DNA from: Dictyostelium discoideum
Taxonomy: Eukaryota
DNA: 64,000 bases
Direction: 5' to 3'
Assembly (NCBI GenBank): GCA_000004695.1
Contig: CM000152.2
Location: 5,728,001-5,792,000 of the forward strand
Of the stretch, positions 57,479 through 64,000 are shown one piece after another. The number at the start of each line of letters is the position of its first letter. Positions within the stretch are counted from its first letter, which is position 1. A program made the translations under genes and the position numbers. Under the pieces are notes generated by a model, which worked only from the letters and a program-made list of their open reading frames with translations, was not told the DNA's origin and did not search any database.

Positions 57479-59871
57479 ATGAAAAATATTTTAAAAATTT
57501 TAATTTTAATTTTAATATGTATAAATAAAATAAATTGTCTTGATGGAGATGGAAAACAATTTAGAATGATAATGTTATTATCAGCCAATGTAAATGATAT
57601 GGGATTTAATAATATGATGAATCAAGGTAGAATTGGAGTTTCAAAGAATTTACAAATTGAAGATTCAAGATTAATAGTAGTAGATGGAGAGAATGATACC
57701 AAAGCCTTAGTTGAACCAATCCTACAAAATGAAGATATCGATTTCGTTATATGTTCTAGCCAAGGTCATACTGTCGCATGTAAATATTTTGCCGATAAAT
57801 ATTTAAAACATCCAACTGTGAAAACCCAATTCTTAATCAGAGGAAGTGGTTCCTCAACAGCCAATCTAATCCAATTCAACTATAACTTTGCCTCATGCAA
57901 CTACATGAGTGGTTACTTTGCCGGTTTGCATACAAAAACCAATAAAATCGGCTTCCTTTCACCGGGCGCCCCAAAGGTGAATGATGCTTGGGTGTATGCA
58001 TTCTGGCTTGGAGCAAAACAAGTTAATCCAAAAATCCAATTTTTCTACTACAACGTAGGTGCATTCTTAAATCCAGACGCTTCCGAAAGAGCCACCAACG
58101 ATCTATTGGAGAGAGGTTGTGATGTCATTGGTAATACATTGGATGATTTCTCAAGTGGTATCACAATTATGTCCAAAGGGTATCGTACGATTGGTACCAA
58201 TGGTTTCCCACAAAAACTGATCTATGGTGAAAAGATTCTATACAGTTATGCCTACAATTGGACTAAACTATTCTTACCAATTGCTATGAGTGTCAAAGCT
58301 GGTATTACCAATAATACCAATGGCTATGGTGATTTCAATCTTGATGAAAGTAAAAACTTTTTCAATATAGAATATAGTTATGGTGTTAGCACTGATACAA
58401 TCAATAGAATGAATCAACAAATTACCTTTTTAAAATCAAATTCAAGATTTACTCATCCATATTATTGTAATGAATATTTGCCAGAATATACTAAAAAAAA
58501 TAATTTAAATTTATCAACTTCACCAACTGTTAATAATTTAATTTGTATTGATCATTCAACATTTTTAAAAATTAATCCACCATTTCCTGGTATGACTTAT
58601 TTAGGTATTTATAATATATCATTAGTTGAAGTAAATATTATATTTAAAAAAAAAAAAAAAAAAAAAAATTATTTATTTTATTTATATATTAATTTTAAAA
58701 TTTTATTATTTTTTTTAAATTAAAATAGGTTGAATTTTCACAATCAATCCAAAATGGTTTTTCAATTACAACTGGTATTTTAATTGGAATTACAATTTTA
58801 ATGATGATTGGTATTATTAAATATAGTAAAACTCCATCAATGAGATCAGCAAGTCCAATTTTCTTAAATTTTATATTAGCCGGTGGTATAATTGTTTATA
58901 TTGGTATAATTGTTTGGGTTGGTCCAATGAGTACTCATTCATGTAATGCTAGACTTTGGTTAGTTACACTTGGTTTTTCAACATTAATTGGTAGTTTGGT
59001 TGTAAAGAATTTTAGAATTTGGTTAATTTTTGATAATCCAGAATTGAAATCAATTAAAATTACAAATTATCAATTATTCCCATGGGTTGGTGCTTGTTTA
59101 GTAATTAATATCATATTAATGGCAATACTAACAAGTGTTGGTGATTTAAAACAAATCGATGCAATGAATATTGATTCGTTAGGTAAATATGAGTATATGA
59201 AAGTTTGTAAAATGAATAGTTCTGGTGCATCAACATTGTATACGATTTTAGCATATTTCGCAGCACTACTATTGGTTGGTGTATTTGTATCATGGAAGAT
59301 TAGAATCGTAGATATTCTAGAGTTTAATGAATCTGGTGCAATTGCAAATACATTATATGCTATTAGCTTTTGTTTATTCGTAATTGTACCATTGATGATA
59401 TCACCACAAGATATGCAATCAGAGACTATTATACTTTGTACAACTGGTTTATTCATTACCACTGCGGCTTTATTGATTATTTTCATTCCAAAATTCTGGA
59501 GAGTATTTAGAAAAGGTGCTAATGATAGTGAAATTAATTTTAATAAAAAGAAATCATCATCAGTTGCAACTGCACGTGCTGAAAGTGGTAGTAAAGGTTC
59601 AAATGGAAATGCTAGTAGTGGTAATAGAACAAATCGTAGAGGAAATGTTGTATCTGGTGATTTTACTGATGATTCTGAATCATCTGTAGGTGATGAAAAT
59701 CAAAAAGAAAAAGAAAAAATAAAAGATGATGTTGCTAATGTTACCTCTGGTGCAGTTTTGGCTGAATTTACTGATGAAGCTTCAGATACAGATAATAATG
59801 AATTTAATGATATTGAATTATCAGAACAACCACCAAGTATTATTGTCAATGATTCAGAAAATAATAATTAA
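57479..59871 (+). CDS. family-3 (GABA-B/metabotropic-like) GPCR with N-terminal BMP/periplasmic-binding-type domain, 2 exons (57479..58630, 58729..59871), about 764 aa
   Basis: Signal peptide, about 380-aa extracellular domain, GTAAAT donor at 58631 and AATAG acceptor at 58728 (phase 0), then 7TM (SASPIFLNFILAGGIIVYIGIIVWVG...CNARLWLVTLGFSTLIGSLVVKNFRIWLIF...). Confidence 0.8.
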
Positions 59872-59905
59872 AAATAATAAAAAAAAAAAAAAAAATGGAA
59901 GAGCG

Positions 59906-59938
<33 letters not shown>

Positions 59939-60563
59939 AATTAAATACTTAACTGGAAAATACCGACAGAAAAAACAAAGTTAAAAATAATAATGTGTAC
60001 TTTTATTTGTAGAATTTTAAAATTTAAAAATAAAATAAAAAATATAAAAAATATAAAAAATTAAAAAAAAAAAAAAAAAAAAAAGAGTAAAATGGATTCG
60101 GTCACTATTTTAAATTTATTATAAAAAAAATACCAACATTATAAGGATATTTTAAAAATTTTTTTAAATATTATTTTTTTTTTTTTTATTTTTTTTTTTT
60201 TAAATTTGCAGGGTGTTTTTACATATCTAAAAAAACAAAGTGACTTTCCCACCGCTCGTCAACATAAAACTGATTGGATATAAAAAAAAATTTTTAAATT
60301 GCCGAGCAACTTTACATCAAATTTTGTTTTTTTTTTTAAACTGATTCAAATAATATTTTTTTAAAGTACTAAATTTAGGAATACAAGAAAATCACTATCC
60401 AATCAAATTGTTTTTTTTAATCTTTTCAAATTCTAAAAAAAAAAAAAAATCGACTAAAAATAACTCTTTTTTTTTGTTTTCAAAAAATATTCGTTTTTTT
60501 TTCACGCTCACACACCAGTTCATAGTCAATATTTTTTTTATTTTGATTATTCCACAAATTAAA

Positions 60564-60595
<32 letters not shown>

Positions 60596-61444
60596 AGTAA
60601 AGTGATTAGTAACATAAATTTTAAAATATTTTTAAAAATTGAATTTTTAAAAAAAAAAAAATTTTTTAAAATTTATTAAAATTGAATAGAAAAAAAAAAA
60701 AAAACAGAAAAAAAAAAAAAAAAAAAAAAACAAAAAAAGATATATAAAAATCCAATGACACTGTTATTATTTATTTATTTTCATATTTCCAAATTATTTT
60801 GATAAAATCCCCACACCCCAACACATCGTCGTTCACACCATAACTTTTTCTTTTTAGGGTTATCTAGATAATTTTTTTTTTTAGAAAAAAAAAAAAAATG
60901 GTATTATATATAAAATGATGTTGATATTTTTAAAAAAAGGCTGATAAATAACAACACCATTATTTTTCCTTTATTTATTTTAATTTTTTTTTTTTTTTAT
61001 TAAAAAAAAACTAATTTTGTAACTAAACAAAAAAAAAATTTTAAAAATAAAAAAAAAAAGTTTAAAAAAAAAAAATTTTAGTCTTTTTATTTTTAAAAAA
61101 AAAAACTATTTTTGTAAAACCTATAGGACAAAAAAAAACATCTAAATTTTATTTATTTATTATTTTTTTGCACATCTAATTTTTCTTTATAGTAAAAATA
61201 AAATATTTATAAATTTTTTAAAAAAAAAAAAAAATAAAATAAAAAAAAAAAAAAAAAAATTACCAACTGACAAACTAAAAAAGAAAAAAAAAAATAAAAA
61301 TAAAAAAAAAAATCTAATAATTAAAAAAAAAAAAAAAAAAAAAAATAATAATAACAATAATAATAAAAAAAAAAAAATAGAATAATAACAAAGATTTTAA
61401 ATTTATAAATAAAATAAAAATTAGATTTCCAATTTTTTTTTTTG

Positions 61445-63965
<2,521 letters not shown>

Positions 63966-64000
63966 ATTATATAGAATAATAAAAAAATATATATACCAAT

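Overview
AT-rich eukaryotic genomic window with the hallmarks of Dictyostelium discoideum: short GTAAGT/GTATGT...AG introns, oligo(dT) promoter runs, and coding (AAT)n/(CAA)n tracts giving poly-N and poly-Q. I resolve about 30 protein-coding genes on both strands, most of them multi-exon, so the six-frame ORF track shows only parts of them. Named calls are a hybrid histidine kinase-like protein, a proteasome alpha-1 subunit, selenophosphate synthetase with an in-frame UGA (Sec) codon, a cytochrome P450, an HMG-box plus double-PHD protein, a CaMK-like kinase, snurportin, a Bet1/GS15-like SNARE, MRPS33, an Arf-like GTPase, and two tandem family-3 (GABA-B-like) GPCRs. There are also two tRNA-Ser genes, each with a downstream extra B-box. 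The most unusual signals are: (1) a tandem cluster of five small minus-strand genes, each a GG-terminated ubiquitin fold fused to a Cys/Gly-rich tail ending in a CxCaaX prenylation box; (2) a 6-phosphofructo-2-kinase/fructose-2,6-bisphosphatase (PFKFB) homolog with an upstream PB1-like exon, a GC-rich codon-atypical core and a 7-bp tandem duplication that frameshifts it; (3) a 39-bp minisatellite seeded from the 5' end and flank of tRNA-Ser(GCU); (4) decayed partial paralogs (kinase C-lobe, HMG-box fragment) next to their intact relatives. Coordinates come from manual splice-site reading and may be off by a few nucleotides.
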